Of a DNA stretch of 64,000 nt, positions 39,700 to 49,275 are shown in pieces; the first letter of the stretch is position 1; each line of letters opens with the position of its first letter. The stretch is from the NCBI GenBank assembly GCA_003482855.1, contig DMXO01000002.1:210635-274634 (forward strand), read 5' to 3'. Origin of the DNA: Candidatus Magasanikiibacteriota bacterium (GTDB lineage: Bacteria; Patescibacteriota; Patescibacteriia; Magasanikbacterales; UBA922). The translations under genes and the position numbers were made by a program. The notes under the pieces are model-generated. The model was given only the letters and a program-made list of their open reading frames with translations, did not search any database and was not told where the DNA came from.

Positions 39700-40839
39700 A
39701 TGAAAATCCTTGGCATTGAATCCTCATGTGACGATACATCTGTCGCGTTACTCGATATAACAGATGAAAAAATAGAAATCTTGGCTGAAAAAACAGCAAG
39801 CCAAATTGATGTACACAAAAAATATGGTGGTGTGGTACCAGAAATTGCCGGACGAAAACATGCTGAAAAAATTATTCCTCTTGTTGATCATATTCTCGAG
39901 GAAGCCCATATTACAAAACCCGATGTTATTGCGGTAACTTCAGGACCAGGTCTTATTACTGGTCTTGTAGTGGGAGTTGAAACAGCAAAAGCGCTTTCAT
40001 ATTTGTGGAATGTACCAATCGTTGCAGTAAACCACATTGAAGGGCATATACACTCCGTATTGATTGGACTTCAGCAATCAGACTTCAGCAATCAGAATAA
40101 AAAGAAATCTGAAGTCCGAAGTCCGAAGTCAAAAATAGATTATCCAGCTTTATGTATTATAGCTTCTGGCGGACATACAGAATTGATCTTTGTGTCAGAC
40201 GTAAATAAATATGAACGAATTGGCGGGACAGTAGATGACGCGGCGGGAGAATGTTTTGATAAAGTAGCAAAATTGCTCGGATTTGATTATCCAGGAGGAC
40301 CGAAAATTTCAAAATTTGCAGAGGAAGGAAACCCACGTGCAATTGAATTTCCACGACCTATGATTAATAGTAAAGATTTTAATTTTAGCTTTGCGGGTCT
40401 CAAAACTTCAGCACTGTATTGGCTCCGAGATAATCAACTGTCTGCGATGAATATAATTCCGTATAAGCTACCCACAGGAATCTATGGACAGACGCAAGAA
40501 CCTCCCACAATCAACGATTTCTGCGCAAGCTTTGAACAAGCAATAATTGATGTTCTTGTCACAAAAACCCTTAAAGCAGCGAAGCAATACAAACCAAAAA
40601 CTATTATTCTTGGCGGTGGAGTTTCTGCAAACAAAAAATTAAGAGAAACTCTTGAAATGACAATCAAACAAGAAACTCCGAACTCCGAACTCCGAACTCC
40701 GAACTTGAAGTATGCCATGGACAACGCCACCATGATCGCGGTTGCCGCGTACCATCATGCAAAAAATAAAGAGTTTACCTCATGGGACAAGTTGGAAGCG
40801 AATCCTAATTGGAAAATAACAGATTTCACAAATTTCTAA
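39700..40839 (+). CDS. tsaD: tRNA t6A threonylcarbamoyltransferase
   Basis: ILGIESSCDDT; GGVVPEIA; NHIEGH; SGGHT; DDAAGE.FDK; DNATMIA. Confidence 0.96.
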   Translation: MKILGIESSCDDTSVALLDITDEKIEILAEKTASQIDVHKKYGGVVPEIAGRKHAEKIIPLVDHILEEAHITKPDVIAVTSGPGLITGLVVGVETAKALSYLWNVPIVAVNHIEGHIHSVLIGLQQSDFSNQNKKKSEVRSPKSKIDYPALCIIASGGHTELIFVSDVNKYERIGGTVDDAAGECFDKVAKLLGFDYPGGPKISKFAEEGNPRAIEFPRPMINSKDFNFSFAGLKTSALYWLRDNQLSAMNIIPYKLPTGIYGQTQEPPTINDFCASFEQAIIDVLVTKTLKAAKQYKPKTIILGGGVSANKKLRETLEMTIKQETPNSELRTPNLKYAMDNATMIAVAAYHHAKNKEFTSWDKLEANPNWKITDFTNF

Positions 40840-40878
40840 CAAATTATACAAATTACGAATTACTAGTTACTAATTACC

Positions 40879-41820
40879 ATGTCTCTCAAAATTATCAGTG
40901 GAAGCAGTCATAGACAATTTACTGAAAAAGTTTGTCAATTTTTAGGTATTGAAGAGACCAAAATGACGATCAAAGTTTTTAGCAATGAAAATAGATTTAT
41001 AAAAATAGAAGAACCAGTTCGAGGCGATGATGTATTTGTGATACAAACTCAAGCATCACCCGTTGACGCACACATCATTGAATTACTCATGATCATACGC
41101 ACCCTTCGCGATGCCTCGGCAAAACGAATCACCGCCGTCCTTCCCTATCTGCCCTATATCCGCTCTGATAAAAAAGATCAACCTCGCGTTTGTCTTGCCG
41201 CGCGCCTCATGGCAGACATGATTGAGATAGCGGGAGCAAACCGCGTACTTATCATGGAGATGCATTCCCCCCAAACACAAGGATTCTTTTCTATCCCAAC
41301 CGACCATATAATTGCCGCTCCAGATATTGTTGAACACCTCAAGGAACATTGGGATCTACATAATTATGTACTCGTTGCTGGAGATAGCGGAGCTGCAAAA
41401 CTACTTCAACCTTACGCAGACAGCCTCAACCTGCCTGTTGCCATGATGGACAAACGCCGTATCGGTAATGAAGAACGTGTCACTATCAAAGGAGTGGTTG
41501 GTGATGTTAGAGATAAAAAAGCATTAATCATTGATGACGAGACATCCAGTGGTGGAACATTGATTGAAGATGCAAAGTATTTATTGAACCAAGCCGGCGT
41601 ACAAAGTGTGGACGTATGTTTCATACATGCGGCACTGGGCAAAGGAACTGTGGAAAAATTAAATAGTTCCCCTATTGGACGTTTTGTTACAACCGATACT
41701 ATTCCTCTCTCTAGCGAACTCCGTAACGTAGAAGTTGTTTCAGTTACCAAACGTTTCGCAGAATTTATTGGAAGAATCCATGATGACAAAAGTGTGAAGT
41801 CGATAAACGACCTCACATAA
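40879..41820 (+). CDS. prs: ribose-phosphate pyrophosphokinase
   Basis: VRGDDVFVIQ; RITAVLPYLPY.RSDKK; IIDDETSSGGT. Confidence 0.93.
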   Translation: MSLKIISGSSHRQFTEKVCQFLGIEETKMTIKVFSNENRFIKIEEPVRGDDVFVIQTQASPVDAHIIELLMIIRTLRDASAKRITAVLPYLPYIRSDKKDQPRVCLAARLMADMIEIAGANRVLIMEMHSPQTQGFFSIPTDHIIAAPDIVEHLKEHWDLHNYVLVAGDSGAAKLLQPYADSLNLPVAMMDKRRIGNEERVTIKGVVGDVRDKKALIIDDETSSGGTLIEDAKYLLNQAGVQSVDVCFIHAALGKGTVEKLNSSPIGRFVTTDTIPLSSELRNVEVVSVTKRFAEFIGRIHDDKSVKSINDLT

Positions 41821-41869
41821 TTTCGAATCTCAAAACAATTTAAAAATTACTTAATTAAAAATTTCGTCT

Positions 41870-42130
41870 ATGCCCTACATTTCCCAACCAGATCGTGACC
41901 GTCTAGATAACGCGATTGAAAATCTCGCTAAACTTATCAGTCCAAATCAACGCGCAGGTGATTTAAATTATTCTATCACCCGCCTTTTACTTTTGAGTCA
42001 GGGTGAGGGACGATACAAAGATTGGAATGAACTTATCGGCGTGCTTGAATGTGCAAAACAAGAATTTTATCGCAAAAAAATAGGTCCGTATGAAGACAAA
42101 AAAATAAAAGAAAATGGTGACGTATACTAG
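41870..42130 (+). CDS. conserved small protein (DUF6899-like)
   Basis: MPYI..GDLNY.IT..GVLECAKQEFYR..PYED.K..NGDV. Confidence 0.65.
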   Translation: MPYISQPDRDRLDNAIENLAKLISPNQRAGDLNYSITRLLLLSQGEGRYKDWNELIGVLECAKQEFYRKKIGPYEDKKIKENGDVY

Positions 42131-42132
42131 TT

Positions 42133-42157
42133 AAAAAACTCCCACGCAAGGGAGTTT
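42133..42157. terminator. bidirectional terminator
   Basis: aaactccc-acgcaa-gggagttt between convergent genes. Confidence 0.7.
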
Positions 42158-45100
42158 AATTATCATTGACTATCAATTTGTCTGCGCCCACACATTGTTC
42201 AAGCTTTATTCTCAACTCATCCCCCCACTCCACTTGCGACTGAGCACGAATAGTATTCAAACCAACTTTTACATACACGTCATACTCGCCCGGGTATTCC
42301 TCAAACAAATGCTTAAGATCATTTGTATATTTTTTAAGTTCTTCTTGAGTCAAACTAATAGTAATATATCTATTGTCCTTCAAGTTTCCCTTTGCGCTGT
42401 CTGAGCTCAACGAAAGGTATTTACTTACCTCAGCTACGTTTTCTTTTGTAAGCACGTACGCCTTTTCTACAAAAATCTTGTTATCTCCTTCTTCGCGTGG
42501 AGTTTTGCCCACAATACACACCACATTACCCTCTTGCCAAACATCCTTGGTTGTCTCATACGTCTTGGGAAATACAAGCATCTCTATACGTCCTGTTTGA
42601 TCTTGAATCGTGGCAAACATCATAGCTGATCCTTTTTTAGTAATTTTCTTTTTGAGTGTATCTACTACCCCGCCTACAACAACCCAAGAATCTCTAGGTC
42701 TGTTCTCTATATCAGCAACTTTGGTCACCTTCCCCTCTAAAAAAGTTTCATAGTATGAAAAAGGATGGGAAGAGACGTAAATACCAAGTAAATTTTTTTC
42801 CCATACAAGTTTCTGGTCAAGGGTCGCCACTTCTGCGTCATCTATCCTTACTTTGGTGTCGAGTGATATGTCAGTGCCTGCAAATAAAGAATTCTGACTA
42901 CTCGACCGTTTTTCTTTTATCTGATGCAAATACCCAAGTAAATTTTCACTATTTACCGACAATATGCCTCTATCAATTCCAAAACAATCAAGCGCGCCTG
43001 CCTGTATGAGGCTCTCGATAGATTTTTTATTTAGATCTTTATCATCGACACGCTCGAGAAAATCTTCAACACTTTTATATTGACCATGATCTTTCCTTTC
43101 ACGATATATAACTTCACAAATATGCTCTCCTACATTTTTTATAGCAGTCAATCCGAATCTAATACGTCCCGCTTCTCCAGGCTTTGAAACCATAGCAAAT
43201 GATCTGAAACTTTCGTTGACATCAGGAGGCAATACTTCAATACCAATTCGTCTACATTCGCCAACTATTTCAGCAACTTTGTCAGCATCGCTCGATTCTG
43301 CCTGCAATACTGCAGTCATATACTGCACAGGATAATGCGCCTTCATGTACGATGTCTGATAGGCAACGATACCATAACTTGCGGCATGCGCTTTGTTGAA
43401 CCCATACGCGGCAAATGGCTCTATAGCATGCCAAAGTTCATCAATAATTTCTTGTTTCAATTTGCCGTGATCACGACACCCTTGATAAAATTTAATTTTT
43501 TGTTTTGCCATTTCTTCAGGAATTTTTTTACCCATAGCCTTGCGAAATTTGTCTGCTTCCATCCAGTCATAACCTGCGAGATGAATAGCAGTCAACATCA
43601 CATCATCTTGATATACAAGAAGACCAAAAGACGCACTCAGATAATCCTTCATGCGTGAATCAAGATATACAACAGACTCAGAATTATGTTTGCGTCTAAT
43701 ATATTCAGGGATAGACTCCATAGGCCCCGGACGATAGAGCGCTACCATGGCCATAATATCATCGATAGTTGTAGGCCTCAGTTCCTTGAGCCAGCGTGTC
43801 ATACCACTGCCACCAAGCTGAAACGTGCCCATTGTTTCTCCGCGAGCCAACATATCAAATGTCTCTTTGTCATCAAGCGGCAAATGATAAATATCAATTT
43901 TGTCTCCTGTAGTTTTCTGTACAATTTCAACAGACTTCCCTAATATAGAAAGATTCCGTATTCCAAGAAAATCATTCTTGAGAACTCCTGCTGTCTCCAC
44001 TGCATGCATTTCATATTGAGTGGTAATACGTCCACCTCCAGTCTCGTGTTGGACAGGAGTAAAATCAGTAAGAGGCGCAGGAGATATCACCACACCGGCT
44101 GCGTGAATAGACGTATGACGGGCGCATCCTTCCACCTGTTGTGCGAGATCAATAAGACGTTTGACATCTCCATTGGTATCATACAATTTTTTCAAATCGG
44201 GTTCCTCTACGAGCGCACGTTCAATGGTCATAGGAAAACCTTGTGACCCTTGTGGAATCATTTTGGCAACTTGATCACAAAATCCGTATGAAAGACCAAG
44301 TGCCCTACCAACGTCACGTACACTTGCCCGAGCCGCCATAGTTCCAAATGTAATAATTTGAGCAACTTTATCAACTCCATACTTATTAGTCACATATTCT
44401 ATCATTTCCTCTCTACGATCATCTGCAAAGTCAGTATCGATATCTGGCGGACTTGGTCGAAACGGATTCAAGAAACGTTCAAAAGGCAACTTGAATCGCA
44501 TAGGATCAACTGTTGTAATACCCAAAACATATGAGACAAGCGACCCAGCTGCAGATCCACGAGTAGATTCGACAATACCATTGCGCTTGGCATAACCAAC
44601 GTAATCAGCAACACAAATAAAATAAGGAGAATATCCTTTGGTCTTTATAATATCAAGCTCATAATCAAGGCGCTTTTTTATTTCATCCGTGACAGAATCA
44701 TAAAATTTTGTTATTGCATCGTATGCACAATCAGACAGATACTCATCAACATTTTTGCCTGGAGGCAATCCAACAGGTGCAAAATGCCAGACATTTAAAG
44801 GTATCTCAACATGGATACGCTCTGCAATCTTTACCGTATTTTCAAGGGCATCGGGCACATGGCGAAAACGAGATATAATATCATCTCCGGTATTGAGAGA
44901 TCTGTCTACATGACGTTTATCTTCTCGTCCAAGTTGGTCTACTTTCCATCCCTGTGAAATACAACGCAATATATCTTGTGCTTCTGCCTCTTTGAAATCT
45001 AGATAATGAACATCCCGAGTCACAACAAGTGGTATATGAGTATCTTTTGATAATTGAATCAATTTTGTGTTCACGTCAATCTGCCCCTCTATGGCTGGAT

Positions 45101-45632
45101 GATCCTCCAGTTCAAGATAAAAATTTTCCTGCCCAAAAATGGCATTGTATTCTTCAGCAACAACTTGTGCCTCATCTATTTTCCCTTCTTTGAGCAATTG
45201 TGGTATCTCACCTTCTATAGGACCAGACAATGCAATAATACCATTATGAAATTGACGAAGTAATTCTTTGTCCAATCGCGGTTTATCATTAAAAAAACCT
45301 TCCAGATGACCATAGGATGACAGTCTCATCAAGTTTTGATAACCCCCGAAATCCTCTGCAAGTAAAATCAGATGATACAAACGTTTATCTTGTTCGGGAT
45401 CTTTGTCAAAACGAGAACGTGGGGCAATATATGCTTCAAATCCGATAATGGGCTTGATCCCTTCGGCAAGACACGTCTGATAAAACTCTATAGCCCCATA
45501 CATAGACCCATAATCAGTGAGCGCCAGAGCATCAAAACCCCGTTGTTTTGCAACACGAACAAGGGGTTTGATCTTGGTCAACCCATTGAGCAGAGAATAG
45601 TGCGAGTGAGTATGTAAATGGACAAACCCCAT
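42156..45632 (-). CDS. dnaE: DNA polymerase III alpha subunit
   Basis: PHP domain HLHTHSHYSLL; RGSAAGSLV; PDIDTDF; YGFNKAHAA; C-terminal OB fold. Confidence 0.98.
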   Translation of the reverse strand: MGFVHLHTHSHYSLLNGLTKIKPLVRVAKQRGFDALALTDYGSMYGAIEFYQTCLAEGIKPIIGFEAYIAPRSRFDKDPEQDKRLYHLILLAEDFGGYQNLMRLSSYGHLEGFFNDKPRLDKELLRQFHNGIIALSGPIEGEIPQLLKEGKIDEAQVVAEEYNAIFGQENFYLELEDHPAIEGQIDVNTKLIQLSKDTHIPLVVTRDVHYLDFKEAEAQDILRCISQGWKVDQLGREDKRHVDRSLNTGDDIISRFRHVPDALENTVKIAERIHVEIPLNVWHFAPVGLPPGKNVDEYLSDCAYDAITKFYDSVTDEIKKRLDYELDIIKTKGYSPYFICVADYVGYAKRNGIVESTRGSAAGSLVSYVLGITTVDPMRFKLPFERFLNPFRPSPPDIDTDFADDRREEMIEYVTNKYGVDKVAQIITFGTMAARASVRDVGRALGLSYGFCDQVAKMIPQGSQGFPMTIERALVEEPDLKKLYDTNGDVKRLIDLAQQVEGCARHTSIHAAGVVISPAPLTDFTPVQHETGGGRITTQYEMHAVETAGVLKNDFLGIRNLSILGKSVEIVQKTTGDKIDIYHLPLDDKETFDMLARGETMGTFQLGGSGMTRWLKELRPTTIDDIMAMVALYRPGPMESIPEYIRRKHNSESVVYLDSRMKDYLSASFGLLVYQDDVMLTAIHLAGYDWMEADKFRKAMGKKIPEEMAKQKIKFYQGCRDHGKLKQEIIDELWHAIEPFAAYGFNKAHAASYGIVAYQTSYMKAHYPVQYMTAVLQAESSDADKVAEIVGECRRIGIEVLPPDVNESFRSFAMVSKPGEAGRIRFGLTAIKNVGEHICEVIYRERKDHGQYKSVEDFLERVDDKDLNKKSIESLIQAGALDCFGIDRGILSVNSENLLGYLHQIKEKRSSSQNSLFAGTDISLDTKVRIDDAEVATLDQKLVWEKNLLGIYVSSHPFSYYETFLEGKVTKVADIENRPRDSWVVVGGVVDTLKKKITKKGSAMMFATIQDQTGRIEMLVFPKTYETTKDVWQEGNVVCIVGKTPREEGDNKIFVEKAYVLTKENVAEVSKYLSLSSDSAKGNLKDNRYITISLTQEELKKYTNDLKHLFEEYPGEYDVYVKVGLNTIRAQSQVEWGDELRIKLEQCVGADKLIVNDN

Positions 45633-45705
45633 AGCGTCCCTATTATTTGGTTAAATACTCAAGTTAGTTTATAATATATCCATTACAAAATCAAATCTCC
45701 TTTTT

Positions 45706-47187
45706 ATGAAAAAATATATACTTGAGTCAGCAGTTTTTATTAGCGGAGCAGTTGTAATGGTCTTCGAAATCGTAGGATCTCGCGTCCTTTCTCCCTATAT
45801 AGGGACATCTATCTTTGTGTGGACCAGCCTCATTGGTGTCATACTCGGAAGTCTTAGCATTGGCTATTGGCTTGGAGGCAAAATTGCTGACAAAAAAACA
45901 AACTATCAAAAATTTTCTTGGATCATTTTTATGTCTGCGCTACTTATTGGTGTAGTAACAATTATCAAAGACCCTATTTTGGTATTGTTCCAATCATCTA
46001 TTGAGAATTTTAAACTCCGGACAATAATAAGTACATTCACACTTTTTTCACTGCCAAGTGTACTGCTCGGGATGGTATCTCCATACGCAGTAAAACTCAA
46101 AATAAATTCTCTAGAAACTTCTGGCTCAACCGTAGGCAATCTGTACGCGATATCAACTATCGGAAGTATTGTTGGGACATTTGGAGCAGGGTTTTTTCTT
46201 ATTCCGACATTTGGTACTACAAAAATTCTATTCATATTATCCATCACACTTATACTTTCATCTATATCTCTTTTCACGCAAAAAGGAGTAATTATGAAAT
46301 TATATATTCTTGTTCTATTTATTTTATCCATCTTTATTGTAGATATAGTATATGCTCAGCAGGTCAAACATGGAATCATTGACACAAATACAACATATAG
46401 CCATATCATCATTCACGATGATGTCGATAAAGCGACAGGAAAAAATATAAAACGTATGAGGATAGACGGAAGCTCAAGCTCTGCCATGTTTGCTGAGGAT
46501 GATAATCTGGTATTTGAATATACAAAATATTACAACCTCGTAAAACATTTTAATCCTAATTTCAAAAAGGCTCTCCTACTCGGTGGAGCTGCATATTCGT
46601 ACCCAAAATACTATCTCATGACATACCCAGAGGCAACGTTGGATGTAGTGGAGATAGATCCAGGCGTAACAAAACTTGCACAAACATATTTTCGTCTCAA
46701 AGATAATCCACGACTACGTATTTTCCACGAAGATGGCAGAACATTTTTGAATTCAACACCTGAGACATATGATGTCATATTCGGCGATGCATTTGCGTCC
46801 TTTTATTCAATCCCTTATCAATTGACAACAAAAGAGGCAGTACAAAAAATGTACGATAAACTTACAGATAATGGCATCGCCTTAGTCAATATTATTTCAG
46901 CGATTGAAGGAGACAAAGGTTCATTCCTTCGTGCTGAATACGCCACATACAAGAGTATATTCCCACAAGTTTTCATCGCGCCAGTGGCAGACACAGAAGA
47001 TCCAACACGATTCCAAAATATAATGCTTATTGCTCTCAAACATACACAAGAAATATCTCTAGAAACAGAAGACCCTGAGCTAGCTTCTTTCCTCAGCCAT
47101 ATTTGGAAAAATGAAATCTTGAATGATATGCCTATATTGACTGACAATTATGCGCCAGTAGATTATTATATGTATCAACTTTTATAA
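45706..47187 (+). CDS. membrane-fused spermidine synthase-like methyltransferase
   Basis: N-terminal TM bundle; LLGGAAYS; VEIDP; EDGR; LTDNYAPV. Confidence 0.85.
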   Translation: MKKYILESAVFISGAVVMVFEIVGSRVLSPYIGTSIFVWTSLIGVILGSLSIGYWLGGKIADKKTNYQKFSWIIFMSALLIGVVTIIKDPILVLFQSSIENFKLRTIISTFTLFSLPSVLLGMVSPYAVKLKINSLETSGSTVGNLYAISTIGSIVGTFGAGFFLIPTFGTTKILFILSITLILSSISLFTQKGVIMKLYILVLFILSIFIVDIVYAQQVKHGIIDTNTTYSHIIIHDDVDKATGKNIKRMRIDGSSSSAMFAEDDNLVFEYTKYYNLVKHFNPNFKKALLLGGAAYSYPKYYLMTYPEATLDVVEIDPGVTKLAQTYFRLKDNPRLRIFHEDGRTFLNSTPETYDVIFGDAFASFYSIPYQLTTKEAVQKMYDKLTDNGIALVNIISAIEGDKGSFLRAEYATYKSIFPQVFIAPVADTEDPTRFQNIMLIALKHTQEISLETEDPELASFLSHIWKNEILNDMPILTDNYAPVDYYMYQLL

Positions 47188-47373
47188 CACATAACAAAGA
47201 AATGAAATTGCGAGGAAGGTGTCACTTAAGTCGGCGATCTCTGTACCGCCAACAGCGACAGTACAATCCTACTTAGTTGCCGGAGGTTTTGCACCTTCTT
47301 TTCGCAAAAATAGCCAATAACAAAAATCGTCCCCAAATATTCAGGACGATTTTAAATTGATGTAAAATAAATG

Positions 47374-47706
47374 TTACTTCTTTTTGGGACGGTCTGTTTT
47401 CTTTTTTCGTTGCGATAATTTTTCTTCCAATTTATCAGACAATTTACCAATCACAAATTTATTGAGAAAACTTGATGCAACACCACTCACCGCACCCATA
47501 TGACTTGACATACTGTCTACTTTCTTGCGAATAAATTCCACTGCTTCAGTGATGAGCTCCAATTTTTGGGTTAGCGTCTCGACAATTTTATTTACATTGC
47601 GTAATGTGCGTGCTGCTTGGTACAACAACCAGCACACAAACACGGTGAACCAAACGAGTGAAAGAGACAGGACTACATATAGTAAGTCCTTACTTGTTTC
47701 AAACAT
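47374..47706 (-). CDS. hypothetical membrane protein with coiled coil
   Basis: N-terminal TM followed by heptad pattern. Confidence 0.7.
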   Translation of the reverse strand: MFETSKDLLYVVLSLSLVWFTVFVCWLLYQAARTLRNVNKIVETLTQKLELITEAVEFIRKKVDSMSSHMGAVSGVASSFLNKFVIGKLSDKLEEKLSQRKKKTDRPKKK

Positions 47707-47771
47707 ATGACAGGCGAATTAAATAAAATAAAGTTAGATCTAGTATAACACATTTCAATTGTCATGCAAAA

Positions 47772-49226
47772 TTAACCAAGAAAACCACGCATGTGTGCCG
47801 CTACCAAAACCTGTTCACCTACATCACTCGCTGGATTTTCTTTGATACGGTTGGCTATATCATCAGTCAACTCTCTAGAGTCTTTGTTTGGTTCTACATC
47901 TCCAAACCTCCTATCAATATAAGCCTTCAATTCCAGAGGAACAAATGGAGAAAGAGGATTATAAAACGTAAGTGCGGAGCGCATATCGTATTCAAAATTG
48001 CCATAGCATTCTCCCAATGTCTTGATATCCTCATCTGACAACGCATTCAAACCCAATAGTTCAGGAGGAATACCAAGAGAATATAATGAAGCTGTAAACG
48101 TAATAGCGCGAGGTAATTTGGAGTCATCAAATGCGCGAGAATAACCAAAGAGCCCAACATGGAGCTTACGTTTACGACGTTTCGGCACATGCGATGCAAC
48201 CGCATTAATAACAGGGACAAGCGCCATGAGCTGACGCTGGTATTCGGCAGTGAAGCGATCAATAATATCAAGTATCTTTTCCTCATCTGCATGCACAGGT
48301 TCTTGCTGTTCATGTTGTTGTATGCGATTGATTGCTCTTTGAACTGTATCAGGTGCATTATCAAATTTAAATGAAGACTGAATGGTAAATGTCTGCACGC
48401 TTGGATAACCTTTGAGAATTTGGTCAACAGTCTCTGGACGAAAATTACCACGGAAAGGAGCAGAACCAACACCCAAAATAGGATATATAGAAATACCTAA
48501 TTCTTGTGAAAGCTTATGGAGTCTTTGCAACGCAATTTTATTGAGCAAAATTGCAGATAAATTTCCATAATTAACCGCAGGGTCAGAACGCGCCAAAAAC
48601 ACACGCTGGTATTCCACTTCTTTATCTTTCAAATAATCACGTACTATATCTGAACTCCTGAGTAAATGATCTTTATCTTCAAACAATGGAATTACATTAA
48701 TTTGTTCTGGCTTAAATTCCCCTATCCATTCTCTAATAGTTCCTCTATCACCAATAGTCTTATGCTGTTTGCCAACCACAAAATCTTTATAATAGTAATA
48801 CATCTTGTTGAGACTCTCGGCCGAAGTTGTCATGGGCAAAATAATTTCAAAAATGGGAGCTATATCACTACCATAAAATAATTTGGCTGCATCATATGAA
48901 CGCGGGATACTCTCAAGTGTTTCGAGCAACATTTTTGCTTCGGCTTTTTCTACTTCTGGATTAGGTACGCGCAACGTGAGCCTTACATCTTGTCCAAGTT
49001 TCTTTTCTCTAAAAAATGATTCATTTTTTGTAAGTAATTTTTTCACTACGAAATTGTCCACTTCTTTTCCTTCAAAATCCCACATTTGTTCATCACACCC
49101 GAGATGTGAGAATGCATAAAATGCTTCTTGTACCTCATCTTCACCACCCAAGAGTCCATTCTCAACAAAAAATGGCTGACGGACGTTGTCAGGATGTTGG
49201 GTGGACATTGTCTTTGGTATGTACAT
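47772..49226 (-). CDS. ppcA: archaeal-type phosphoenolpyruvate carboxylase
   Basis: IPKTMSTQHPDN; MWDFEGK; RVFLARSDPAVNYG; GVGSAPFRG; LPRAITFTA. Confidence 0.93.
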   Translation of the reverse strand: MYIPKTMSTQHPDNVRQPFFVENGLLGGEDEVQEAFYAFSHLGCDEQMWDFEGKEVDNFVVKKLLTKNESFFREKKLGQDVRLTLRVPNPEVEKAEAKMLLETLESIPRSYDAAKLFYGSDIAPIFEIILPMTTSAESLNKMYYYYKDFVVGKQHKTIGDRGTIREWIGEFKPEQINVIPLFEDKDHLLRSSDIVRDYLKDKEVEYQRVFLARSDPAVNYGNLSAILLNKIALQRLHKLSQELGISIYPILGVGSAPFRGNFRPETVDQILKGYPSVQTFTIQSSFKFDNAPDTVQRAINRIQQHEQQEPVHADEEKILDIIDRFTAEYQRQLMALVPVINAVASHVPKRRKRKLHVGLFGYSRAFDDSKLPRAITFTASLYSLGIPPELLGLNALSDEDIKTLGECYGNFEYDMRSALTFYNPLSPFVPLELKAYIDRRFGDVEPNKDSRELTDDIANRIKENPASDVGEQVLVAAHMRGFLG

Positions 49227-49275
49227 AGTACCTTTTTCATATAAAGACCAGTTTTGTTATGACTGGTCTTTGGTA

